Source of the DNA: Eledone cirrhosa
Taxonomy: Eukaryota
NCBI GenBank assembly: GCA_964016885.1
Contig: OZ024740.1
Location: forward strand, 367,164,001-367,228,000
Length of the DNA stretch: 64,000 nucleotides
Reading direction: 5' to 3'
The position numbers and the translations under genes are program-made. The notes below the pieces were generated by a model. That model did not search any database, was not told the DNA's origin, and saw nothing but the letters and a program-made list of their open reading frames with translations. This document shows, piece after piece, positions 1-12,399 of this stretch; position 1 is the stretch's first letter, and every line of letters begins with the position of its first letter.

Positions 1-96
1 GTCATGTTCGAGAGACATGCACCATATCCACTGTAGAATAAGCTCAAAGATTCCAATGAATAGATCGAGCATTTTATATCAACTAGAAATTGATTG

Positions 97-235
<139 letters not shown>

Positions 236-422
236 AAGTTAATATCGCCACAGGTACTAAGTACCCCTGGAAATATATAGGGTGTCTATGATACAATGGT
301 TGTTCAATGGTATTAATTTGACATACCAGAACTATAAAATTGAGGTAAGGGGAGCAAGTAAAATTCAAACAATTTTTTAAAATAAATAAAAAAATATAAT
401 TTAAATATTTACCTATTCCAAT

Positions 423-506
423 TGCTTTTACCGAACGGTTTCACTTCACAAAAGATTGGAGATTCCTAGGAATCTCCAATAGAAAAGTTTAAATCACCAG
501 AAAGCA
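423..506 (-). ncRNA. Type-I hammerhead ribozyme, mutated copy (core CUGGUGA)
   Basis: Reverse-complement copy of 1242-1325 with an A6G change. Confidence 0.6.
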
Positions 507-669
507 TTTTCCTTTCCTAGAACAAAAAGTCCCGGGAAAGGCAAAATATAATGCCATCTGCCAGCTAGCACAGGATCGAATGGGGCCGAACATTTGACCT
601 ATGCATGAACCAGCCCCTAGTAGAAGCGGAAGTAAACATAGACGTGTTGTCTATCTCGCCACTAATAAT

Positions 670-853
670 TGTTTCTACTTTTGGCACAAGGCCATCAATT
701 ACCCAGTACATTACTGGTACTTTATTTTATCGACCCCGTAAGGATGAAAGGCAAAGTTAACCTCGGCGGGATTTGAACTCAGACTGTAAAGGGAGGACGT
801 AACTATGCTGGAAAGCATGGCGTCCGACCCTCTACCGATACTGCCAATCCACA
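670..853 (-). mobile_element. tRNA-derived SINE with Nin/Deu-type domain (cephalopod OR/OK-like)
   Basis: Minus strand shows an A-box-like TGGCAGTATCGG, B-box GAGTTCAAATCC and GCCTTTCATCCTTACGGGGTCGATAAAATAAAGTACCAG. Target-site duplication CACTAATAAT at 660-669 / 854-863. Confidence 0.9.
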
Positions 854-1241
854 CACTAATAATAGCAGCTAAATAGAACAACAGATTTGTTCTCTACATA
901 ACGGAGTATATTAAAAGAAGTTAATATCGCCACAGGTACTAAGTACCCCTGGAAATATATAGTGTGTCTATGATACAATGGTTGTTCAATGGTATTAATT
1001 TGACATACCATAACTATAAAATTAAAGTAAATATTCTCCGTTATGTAGAGAACAAATCTGTTGTTCTATTTAGCTGCTATTTTTAGTGGTGAGATAGACA
1101 ACACGTCTATGTTTACTTCCGCTTCTACTAAGGGCTGGTTCATGCATAGGTCAACTTTTCGGCCCCATTCGATCCTGTGCTAGCTGGCAGATGGCAATAT
1201 ATTTTGCCGTTCCCAGGACTTTTTGTCCTAGGAAAGGAAAA

Positions 1242-1325
1242 TGCTTTCTGATGATCTAAACTTTTCTATTGGAGATTCCTAGGAATCTCCAATCTTTTGT
1301 GAAGTGAAACCGTTCGGTAAAAGCA
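1242..1325 (+). ncRNA. Type-I hammerhead ribozyme (GUA site, cleavage predicted after 1319)
   Basis: TGCTTT-CTGATGA-[stem II containing palindrome ATTGGAGATTCCTAGGAATCTCCAAT]-GAAA-CCGTTCGG-TA-AAAGCA. The base of stem II is imperfect. Confidence 0.75.
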
Positions 1326-1406
1326 ATTGGAATAGGTAAATATTTAAATTATATTTTTTAATTTATTTTTAAAAGTTGTTTGAATTTTGCTTGCTCCGCT
1401 TACCTC

Positions 1407-1452
<46 letters not shown>

Positions 1453-1645
1453 AACACATTGCGCATGTCTCTCGGACATAAGACCCTTAATTTAACTTTG
1501 GATATATATATATTGTTATACTTGGGGAGGGTCATATTGTTGTAATAATATTAGCAGAAATAATAACAGAACATACTCACTGTTTGGTTGGTTTTCGCTT
1601 CTGCCTCTTTTATATCTCCCTAGTTAATTTATTTGGCAATCAAAG

Positions 1646-1681
<36 letters not shown>

Positions 1682-1809
1682 AATTTATTTGGCAATCAAT
1701 GTTATATATATATTAGTATTTAGGGAGTAAAATCTTTCATATTCGTTAACTTTAAAGGAACCAGTATTTTCAATTATATTTGAAAAAGAAATGACTATTC
1801 TTAAATGCA

Positions 1810-2400
1810 CAAATGTCGCTGTGGATCCACAGTAGACTGCTTCGGCCCTATCCACGATCCTGCGCTCACACAGCGAGGTAATAAATCATGGCTTTAATGC
1901 TGCAGGCTTCCCCTCCCAGATCGAGCTGGTGGGGCTGGAAGAAGGGAACGGCAAAAGGCAAGATGGCATGACCGTCTTCCTGTTCCGCGGTGGTAAACCG
2001 CTCATCTGGTATGCCTCATACAGTGATATACTCTCCAGTGGCAACATGGGGCAGTCTGCAACTAATACAGGCTCTGCTACACCTCGGGCCGAGGAGGGTA
2101 AATTATCTAAGTATCGGTCACTCTTCGAAAAGTTTGCAGTCGAACCCGAAGCATTGGAAACTTCTGGTGTGCTAGGCCCTAGGACCACCTCCCAACTCCC
2201 AACCATCGACACAGAGTTGGCTACCCGCAGGAGGGAGCCCATTGAGCGTCACCTTCACCATACTCTGGGGAAACGCTTTCTCTATTTTGTCCACTGGGAT
2301 CATGGGGTGGCCAATGCGTGGGCTCCCATTTGCTCATAATAGTGAAAGATGGGGAGAGCGGCAGAGACGGATGCAGTGACAGTGGTAATTTGGTTCCATT
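1810..2400 (+). mobile_element. Decayed 3' fragment of a CRE-like non-LTR retrotransposon (restriction-like endonuclease)
   Basis: ORF 1929-2339 reads GNGKRQDGMT..GKPLIWYAS..AEEGKLSKY..ALETSGVLG, resembling the KRPDG..GK.L.WD..AE..K..KY..ET.G.WG pattern of CRE-clade RLE domains. Confidence 0.7.
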
Positions 2401-3065
2401 GTGTTTGGACCTGGTGTATATGTATATATTTATTTACCACACTACATCTTATTCACAGTTGTATATTGAACAGTCGAATAGGAATTAATGTATTCTATTT
2501 TTTTATTAATAGATGTCTTCGCAGGAATGAAAAATAATTGATTAATATCTCCTTACCCAAAGGGATATATACACAGACACACAGACAAGTTTAATTGTTA
2601 TAAATAGTGGAAACAGCCATGTTTGATGTTAATGATACGGTTTCCGTCATCTTTGGCAGCACTGCTAAGCTAACCAATATTCACAATGAATCACGTTTGT
2701 CAGTTTCGAAGTTTCTCTGTTTGTAGTTCATAGGTTAGAATACCATTTTAACAGAATGTCTGAACCGGGTTGGAAGGTGCAAAACAAAACTTATTGAATA
2801 TATTATTTTCCTCGGATCTTCCAAAATTAGGCTGTGCATTGAGAATTGTGAGGGCGTCGGGTAATCTGCTTTGTGGTTTTAGATGCAGCTCTTTACATTA
2901 TGAGGTCAATCCTGTTAAAATCCTCCGGAGTGTTTTCACTATAATCAAAGGAGCACTGTTGTACGTCAATCTGTCACCAAATCTATTAGAAGAAATCCGA
3001 TAATGTGTGGTATCATCGGTTTCTCATTCTTAAATATGGTTTCTCTTTACTTACATGCTCGCTCA

Positions 3066-3144
<79 letters not shown>

Positions 3145-3175
3145 TACACATATATATGAATGTATATATATATAT

Positions 3176-3228
<53 letters not shown>

Positions 3229-3325
3229 TATATATATAAAACCCGCTATCTCAATTTTACTTTTGATAATCATAAGAACTGTGAAACCAGTAAAGTAAAT
3301 AAATATTGCATTTTCAAATTGTTTT

Positions 3326-3432
<107 letters not shown>

Positions 3433-3456
3433 TGCGTGCGTGCGCGTGTGTGTGTA

Positions 3457-3493
<37 letters not shown>

Positions 3494-3651
3494 GTGCATA
3501 CTTCGTTCAGTCACAGATTAGAAACTGATATTTTAAACGCATGTTTCAGTAATATTAAAAGGCATACACATTTTAATGCCTATATACCCCATATGATAAA
3601 CGAATGTACAAAACAAGCCCACTTTGGCATTAAGTTTTCCTGGAAATGATT

Positions 3652-3870
3652 TTGGATGGGCAGAATTGTTAGAGAGTCGGATAAAATGGTACTGCGGTAT
3701 TTGCTCTGGATCTTTACATTCTAAATTCAAATCTTGCTGAAGTCAACATTTCATTTATCTTTTCGGGGTTCGATAAAATAAAGTAGCTGCTTCGTAATGG
3801 GGTTGGTTTTATCAATATTGCCGTTCTCTCCATAATTGCAGGCATTGTGTCAATGTTAGAAAGAATTATG
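3652..3870 (+). mobile_element. Diverged Nin-domain SINE
   Basis: GGATGGGCAGAAT..AATTCAAATC..TTTTCGGGGTTCGATAAAATAAAGTA matches the other SINE copies. Confidence 0.7.
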
Positions 3871-4062
3871 TGTTTCGGAAAAATGTTGATTTCGTCATTT
3901 AATCCATGTCTCTTTCTTGGGAAAAAATGTCGCGAGTAATCTCCCACGTGCAAATTAACCGATCCGGGGTATTATGGCGAAATAGCAAAGGCAGCTTGAT
4001 ATAGATATATAGTTATATATATGTACACACACGCATATATATGTACACACACGCATGCAAAT

Positions 4063-4097
<35 letters not shown>

Positions 4098-5337
4098 CAC
4101 ATATATATACATATATATATATATTTACTGTAGAAGAGAGAGTGAGAGAATTAGAGTGAAAAGAATCGACTCTAGCTCTTAAATGTTACTGAATTTATCG
4201 ACCACAGAAATACAAGAGACGAAATTGACCTCGGCGAGAACAAAAACAGCAAGACATTCTATTTGATGTGTGATCGAATCTGCCAATTCAACGTTTATTT
4301 AAATGTAACGACCATTACCGACTCAATATACCAAATTTAAACAGGGCATTTATGTAATTACCTAAAGTAAACAAACAAACAAAAAAAAACCTTAAAACGT
4401 AAAAATAAAATTTTCGCCAGTTTGAGCGAACTCTACCTCTTTTGGATTCTTTAAATAAAAGTGGCTTAATTTATCTTATTTCAACATCCGTTGCTATAGA
4501 TAAGAAATAATTCATTAAAATATTTACCATAACAGTCTGCTATAAGTTAGAAAGTATATGATGATGCATAAATAAAAATACCCACCCCTCTAAAAAAAAA
4601 AAAAAAAAAAATCAAATGAAAAAGAAGCAATGATATTTTTATTTCTGACCTTAAAAATATGATAAAAATAAATGCATGAATAATTATGCTGAAATAATGA
4701 TATAAAATATAAAAATGAAAAAAAAAAAAAAAAAAGTCTAATGAATAGTTTTATTTATTTGTTAAGATTTTGGTGGTGATAGAGATGAGGAATGAGAAAA
4801 ATAAGAAGAGAAACAGAGATAAAGGGAGACAGAAAGTGAGAAGAAATATGGGGGAAAACATAGAAAACAAAGAGAGGCGATTTAGAGAGAAAGAGACATA
4901 GAGATACAGATAATAGGAAAGACTCTTGAGAAATATTTATAATCATGGATGGACACAGAGATGGTTATGTATTGACACTTCTGAGGAGTGGTTACACGTA
5001 AATTCATTTTTGGTGCCAAGTCTATTGGAATAATCAATTTAATGCTTGCTGAATTCCTCATGATACCAAGAAATATAGAAACAAATAAAGAAATGAGAAA
5101 AATGAAAGTAAAATAAAGAAATATAGAAAGAGAGAAAGAAAGAAAAAAAGTTAAGCTGTAAATAAGCGAATAAACAACTCTGACAGTATGATATTAAAAA
5201 TTAGACACATATAAAATCAGACATAAACACACACACATATATACACATGCGCGCGCACACACACACACTCACACACAAACAAGCACATATATATGTATAT
5301 GTATGAACATTTTAAGTTTTTATCAGGTAAGTGGGTA

Positions 5338-5383
<46 letters not shown>

Positions 5384-5609
5384 TATGTGTGTGTGTGTGT
5401 GTGTGCCTGTATATACGTATGTATGCGTTTAATATATATATATATTATATATATATATTGTTATATTTTGGGAGGGTCATGTTGCCAATAAGAAACACAC
5501 GCACCAGTTGTTTCACTTCAATTTATTATAAATTAAATTTATAAATTTAGGAATTTATAAATTTCCGGATGGTTGGTTGGTTCCACAACCAGACGATTGT
5601 TCATATATT

Positions 5610-5652
5610 GTCAAAGTTCTTTCGTCACACAGTATGTGACCTCTTCAGTGAC
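5610..5652 (-). ncRNA. Minimal type-I hammerhead ribozyme
   Basis: Minus strand: GTCA-CTGAAGA-G-GTCACA tactg TGTGAC-GAAA-GAAC-TT-TGAC. Confidence 0.75.
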
Positions 5653-6170
5653 AGGGGATTCTTTTCTTTGTTTCTGTGTCTCTCCTTTGTTCTGTCCTAC
5701 GCCATCGTGTTTTTGTGTGTGTTGTGTGCTTAGTTTACGCTTCTGTTACATCCGGGTGTCTGTGTGTGTTTATATTTGTTTATTTATTTGTTTATTTACA
5801 TGTTACTGGTTGGTTGTTTGTTCTATGTGTATGTGTGTGTGTTTTCATTTTGTCCCTAATTGTAAGTTGTGATGTTGCTATTCCATTCATGCTTTCTATT
5901 TAATGTAAATTAAATTAAATTAAATAGAAAGCATGAATGGAATAGCAACATCACAACTTACAATTAAGGACAAAATGAAAACACACACACACACACATAG
6001 AACAAACAACCAACCAGTAACATGTAAATAAACAAATAAATAAACAAATTTAAACACACACAGACACCCGGATGTAACACATGCGCAAACTAAGCACCCA
6101 GCACACACACAAACAAGATGGCGTAGGACAGAACAAAGGAGAGGCACAAAAACAAAGAAAAGAATCCCCA

Positions 6171-6213
6171 GTCACTGAAGAGGTCACAGAATGTGTGAGG
6201 AAAGAACTTTGAC
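6171..6213 (+). ncRNA. Minimal type-I hammerhead ribozyme (mirror copy)
   Basis: GTCA-CTGAAGA-GGTCACAGAATGTGTGAG-GAAA-GAAC-TT-TGAC. Confidence 0.7.
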
Positions 6214-6442
6214 AATATATGAACAATCGTCTGGTTGAGGAACAACCAACGAACCGGAAATTTATAAATTCCTAAATTTATAAATTTAATTTATAATAAA
6301 TTGAAGTAAAAGCAACTGGTGCGTGTGTTTCTTATTGACGACATGACCCTCCCAAAGTATAACAATATCGGTTTCAACACACGTTTTCAGATAAAGAATC
6401 TTGCTAATCAAATTCAGAAACGATATATATATATATATATAC

Positions 6443-6524
<82 letters not shown>

Positions 6525-6733
6525 ATATGTGTGTGTGTGTGTGTGTGTGCGTGTGCGTGCGTGCGCGTGCATATAGGTAATTAAATGTTTAATCTCAAGT
6601 AGTTATGCATTTAAAGCGGATTCTGTATCAATGGAAACCGGTTGTTGTTAGTGTCGTCGAAACTTATATAATTTTTGTTGTTATTTATGAATATAGTGCA
6701 TTCATACTTATATTCATGCATAAATGCATACGT

Positions 6734-6764
<31 letters not shown>

Positions 6765-6784
6765 AATATGTATATATATATCAG

Positions 6785-6905
6785 GATCGAAAGGGTCGAA
6801 GCTCAGCCGTCGGGGTCCTGACTATTTTCCTATTACCCACTCTATTACCCTAAGTATTGAGTACTCTGGTATGTTATGGTCTACCTGGTATCTTGCCACA
6901 CCTTT

Positions 6906-6908
<3 letters not shown>
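6785..6908. mobile_element. Short (TA)n-inserted repeat, family of 28651-28853 (truncated)
   Basis: Shares GCCGTCGGGGTC..CCTATTACCCACTCTA..CCCTAAGTATTGAGTACTCTGGT with 28651, 30148, 40923 and 49186. Confidence 0.75.
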
Positions 6909-6990
<82 letters not shown>

Positions 6991-7340
6991 ATGTATATAT
7001 GTCTGTGTGTGTATGTATGTATACACACACACCCTTATATATATATATACATATATATATACGTTTAGAGGCTGAATTCTGTATCAGACTGCTGTCTGTA
7101 TCAAAGTTGGACCCGAAGTTTGTTTTAGTGAGATATAGGCACTCTTCTCGTGTATAAGGAATGTATTTCATGTTCACGGTATCCGAAGTTTTTTTTTACA
7201 GTGATACGATTATGTGAAATAGCTCAAATATTCTTAACCACAACTAAAATATATCACTAGGCACCAACTTTTCAATTTATGCTCAATATATTACTTTAGC
7301 CATCTCCACCTCAACCAATTACAAACAAATAAAATCTGCT

Positions 7341-7530
7341 GGTGAATTGGCAGTATCGGTAGAGGGTTGGACGCCATGCTTTGATGCATAGAGTTACGGT
7401 CTTTGCCATTCTGAGTTCAAATCCCGCCTTGGTTAACTTTGCCTTTCTTCCTTACGGGGTCGATAAAATAAAGTACCAGTAATGCACTAGGATAATTGCT
7501 GGCCTTGTGCCAAAAGTTTTAAACAATTAT
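7341..7530 (+). mobile_element. Nin-domain tRNA SINE
   Basis: A/B boxes and Nin domain as at 670-853. Confidence 0.9.
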
Positions 7531-8702
7531 ATTTAAAATACGGGTTCCAAACATAACTTTCATTTTCTTTTATCACCTCTAGTCTTGGGCTATCGTGTAC
7601 CTCGCTATATAGTGATGGATTCACCAGGGAACTAGTGAACCACAGTCACACCTTATGTTTTGGTTTCTTAGAATTTGATTCCGAACATAGCACCAGGTTT
7701 TCCTCATCATCAATCTTAACGGTTTCTAATTTTGGCATAAGGTCAGCCATTTTGGAGGTTAAATAGTTGACCGGTTCATTATTTTATCGACCTCGGAATG
7801 ATGGAAAGGAAAGCTTGGCCGATGGCTTAAGCTGATGGAGTGTTAATATCCGTATTAATGCTATCAATATTTTACATTATTAAATCAATGTTATTCTACA
7901 AAAATTCTTTGTTATATAAATCTAGAAATAAAAGATAACGGGGAGGCTCGTCCCGTCAGAAATAGCTGCCAAATCTCCCACACGCCACATCATACCAAAT
8001 AAGATATGATAATGAGGTTATAGATATACTGTTTGAATTTCCAAAAGAATGACGGGTCAAGTCAGGCTACAATTTTCGCAATGAAGTATTTTCTGGAGTT
8101 AAACAACGAACAAAACAATAACGAAACATATTTTGAATTAAATGTCTATTTTCAAACACATGATAATAGTTGAGACGAGAGTAAAGTTATAGCAATCCAT
8201 TATACGAAAAACTGCTGCAGTAAAAACTCGAGGCTATTTGTGCCTCAGACGTAAAGTTTGTTGCCAGAACACGAAGTTCCAAGTTAATTTAACCAACAGC
8301 AACTATAACAACAACTACCACAACACATATAACAACAATAGTAACAAAGACTAAACCAGTAACAACAACATCGTTAAACTAACCAGTGAAAGAAAGCAAA
8401 CAAAGTGTAAGTTCACTATTTGCCAAGTAAAGAAGAAAAAATATAACTGGGAGAAAATGAGGTTGGAATTTGCCCAACTATAAGAGTCACTTCTAACCTT
8501 CATTTCTAATTCTATTTTCGAAACAAATTTTCACTATTATCTAGATCGACACCAACAAAGTCTCATTTATTTCCACTTTTTCACATTAAAAACTTTTTTT
8601 GTTTGTGAAATTCAAATATTAAGTATAATTTTAAGTATAATTTTTGTTTCATTACCTCAAAACCTACACATTACATTATTGATACTATTATTACATATTG
8701 TA

Positions 8703-8818
8703 ATAATTGTTTCTACTTTAGGCACAAGGCCAGAAATTATCCAGTGCATTACTGGTACTTTATTTTATCGGCCCCGTAAGGATGAAAGGCAAAGTCAACC
8801 TCGGCGGGATTTGAACTC
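8703..8818 (-). mobile_element. Nin-domain SINE, 5'-truncated
   Basis: Matches the 3' half of the SINE up to the B box. Confidence 0.88.
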
Positions 8819-10305
8819 GTATTATTGTAAATGTTTCATTGCAGGAGGATATTTATAACGCATTGCAGGAGGATATTTATAACGCATAACTTCCATGTAT
8901 GGTGGATATGACGTTGCTGTTGGGTGTTTAGACACGGATAAGTACTGGTCAAGCATATAAATATGATAACATGCATTCCAGATGTATTCACACAATATAT
9001 CAAAGAACGTATTCTTTATGTCAATCTTTACGAGCATTTTTATACAAACATGTCAAGTGACATCATAAAACCTCTCGTATAGTTGCAATGCTACATCCTT
9101 ATAGAGGACACTTAACTCTATGTGCTCCTGTTCAACCCGATATTAAACAAGAAATAACATGTATCACGTATTGATAATTTGGAATAATGTTACACATCTC
9201 TACACCAGGTATTTTCCACATACCAAGAAATGCAACTTTTGTTTCACTTCAGTTAAATATACAGACGAAGAAGAATGAGGTGTAGAAAAGATAAGAAGGG
9301 AGAATAGAGAAGAATAGCCTGGGTGGATGATGTCTATTATATGATAGATTCAATATAGGCTCACATAACTAAGATTTTAGAATATAAATTCAGAATAGGA
9401 CAAACACAAAGAGGAGAAAAAACAACAACGGAAAGACGGACAGTCACATCTCTTCAGTATATATATAGAGGTTGATCTATTCTGCCTCACTATAGTACAT
9501 ATGCTGAATGTCGCTTCTTCACAGAAGTCCATCCCTTCAATGTTTTGTAATGAGCACCCGTGGGTACGGATGTGGCTCTCCTGTACAGCTTCTATTTTGT
9601 AAGTTTTGTTGTGTATGCGACAAACAGAAACTTGCCTTCTCTTGGACTATATCGGTGCAAATGGAGAACTGGCATACAGAAACACCTGCCTGTCTTCCAC
9701 AAAAACAAAAACACCTTCCCCAGGTTTGTGTCTCGGGGCAGGGGGTGCATTCGTGCACTTGGTCATTTGTGAATAAAAAATGAATCTTAAGACCGTCGAA
9801 ACCCGACAATGAGCGCCATTATATTTGTATATAAATGCACGAAGTAAACAAAAAAAACAAAAAACACACAGCAAACGATACAGTACAATAACAAAACACA
9901 CAGCAAACGATACAGTACAATAAAAAATATATTAGTTTAACGCGAGATATAGTAGCAAAATAGTGTTACGGTTTCGGATGTTAGACCTTCATCAGAAGAT
10001 AGATTAGAAAATAAAAGAAATAAGTGTGTGTATGTATGTGTGTGTGTGTGTGTGTTTGAGTGTGTGTGAAAATCTGTAAATGAACCCACCACACAAAAAC
10101 ACACTTATACAAATATGTATATGCATGCATACATACATACACACACACATACATAAGTATGATATATTTATACGTTTATATTTGTGGGTATGTGTGTGTG
10201 CGTGTGTGTGTGTGTCTGTGTATGTATGCTAATGTTTTCAAGATACAGGAAGTTATAAACGATGTTGACGTCTCTATCAATAATTAGAATGACGCTGGTC
10301 ATCTC

Positions 10306-10384
<79 letters not shown>

Positions 10385-11539
10385 GATTCTTTCAATCACT
10401 GTCTTAATCCTGAAGTCACTTGATCTATATATATTGTATGTCTTTGTGTGTCGACCTTTCTTCTTCACTGCCTCTCTATTATTCGGTTATGTAAATTATA
10501 CAAAGCTACACATATATTTCCAATGTGTCATTTGGTTCACTAAATTCACTTGTTTTGTCAACGTTCGTCGGACAGGAGTCAACAGCAATCCAAAGTGATC
10601 TCATATACCAGAAGCAGAAATCAATACTCAAGACCTTAATTTCTTATGTAGATCTTATTGATTTCTATCTCCATCCGGGAAAAAATGAAAATAAAGCAAC
10701 AGATATTTAAAACCAGTAAAAAAACAAAACAAAAAAGAAACACAAAAACAAAACAAACAAAAATTAAACAAATATGGCCAGAAAGCTGATCATACTTTAT
10801 TACTACAATACTGTGTGTGTCTGTATAATTGTGTTGGTGTATCCTTGTTTGCATATATGTTAGTAGTAGTGTAAATGTGAAGGCGGCATGGTCGAATGGT
10901 TCAAACATTTGCTTACAATCACGTGAATCAATTTTCTGTCTTTCCACCTTTTTCGTCTATCTTTAGCCTTTTTATCCTCCATTACCTATCTTTACACCTC
11001 ATTTGCTCATTTCTTCCCCTTCCTCTCCCTCTCCCTCGTTCCTCCTACTCTCCTTTCTCAATGTATCTTGATTTATTTCCCGCTTTTCGCTTTCTTTCCC
11101 CAACTTTCTGCCTTTTATCCTAATTTACCCCTGTTTAAATTCAACAACTTTCCCCTTTCCCCCACTTCCTCCTCTTTCCACATTTTCATTTTTAGCACTT
11201 TGCATCCTTTATTCCTATTTCTTCACTTTTATCCCACTTTATCCCGTATTTAGCTCTCATGCCCCCTCTGTCCCATTCACCCCCTTTCTTCCATTCCCTC
11301 ACTTCTCCCTCTTTCCCATGTACACCCACTTTCTATCTTTTTCCGATTTCATCGCCTTCTTTCACTCTTTTTGGCTCAATTTATGCCTTTTTATGCCAAT
11401 TTACTTAGCTCACGTTTTTACTTGTCTTCTCCTTTGTCCCTCTCTTCCCGCCACTTTAGCACATTTCTCTCCGCTTTTGACATCTCTATCCAATTTTACG
11501 CATCTTTAATCCTCTTTCGCTTACTTTATGACATACTTC

Positions 11540-12085
11540 AACTCGTCAAATGATATAAACCAGGATAGAACAAGATTGGTCTGTTGTGAACTCACTAGAT
11601 AAGTTGTTGATATTTAACATAACTACAAAAACTAAAGTTAGATTATTCAAAACTACAGTGGAATAGATCTTACTGTATTCCTATGAATCATTGTCGGTGA
11701 CAATACCTATCACCAACGCTTTAGAAGTTTTCTACACACGAACATTAAAAAAGATAAAACGCACCAAACATTTTAACCGTGCTACAGACAAAATTCTCTA
11801 CGGCAACTCCCCGCACATTAGCCATACCATCCGTATCAGGCGTCTTCAACTTGCAGGACATGTCATGTGAGGCAATGAACTTGCAACAAAACTGTTACTA
11901 TGGGAGCTCACTAATGTGAAAATCAAACGCTAAAGACCTCTCAAGGTATTAAAGTGAGTCATTTAGGAAGATACAGATTTATCCGGGGTAGAATTGAACC
12001 AGTTAATATTGGATCGTGTGAGATGGAAAGTTTTTATCATGTCACCACAAAGAAGTGGATAAATCTAGTAGTAGTAGTAGCTTAC
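11540..12085 (+). mobile_element. Decayed RTE-type LINE 3' fragment
   Basis: Translation by eye: FKTTVE*ILLYSYES..LYGNSPHISHTIRIRRLQLAGHVM..KLLLWE. Homologous to ORF 60728-61021. Confidence 0.75.
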
Positions 12086-12399
12086 CCCCCCCCCCCTCCC
12101 ACTTCCACCTGTTTCCTCAAATACGCACATTTATAAAGGCATAATTTCAAATACTTACAAAGTATTTGGGATGGCGTGTATACATATTTGCATATGAGTT
12201 TAATTTAGGCATATGATAAGTGTTATTCATGTTTCATGCATTGAGTGCTTACATATCTGAATGCTTCGGTGTTTTCACCTATGGGTATGTATTTATGCAC
12301 GTAGTGTATTGTTTTCCTCGTATCAGTTGTGTGTGCACACATGATTATGCATATGTTGGTATAGTGTATGTAAGGTAAATTAACAGCTATAAGAGAATT

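Larger units (their letters stand above)
5456..6423. mobile_element. ~450-bp-arm palindrome of a PLE pseudo-LTR plus ~55-bp 3' tail
   Basis: 5456-5905 is the reverse complement of ~5917-6368. The tail 6369-6423 is on one arm only. Same family as 46260-46700 (attached to a PLE ORF) and 53391-53700. Confidence 0.88.

Noticed and set aside
4972-5019. Hammerhead-like CTGAGGA-GTG gtta CAC-GTAAA
   Set aside because: GAAA is disrupted and stems I and III are poor. At best a decayed copy.
9962-10000. Minus-strand CTGATGA-AGG..CC-GAAACCGTA core
   Set aside because: Stem I does not pair. Counted only as degenerate, not as a feature.
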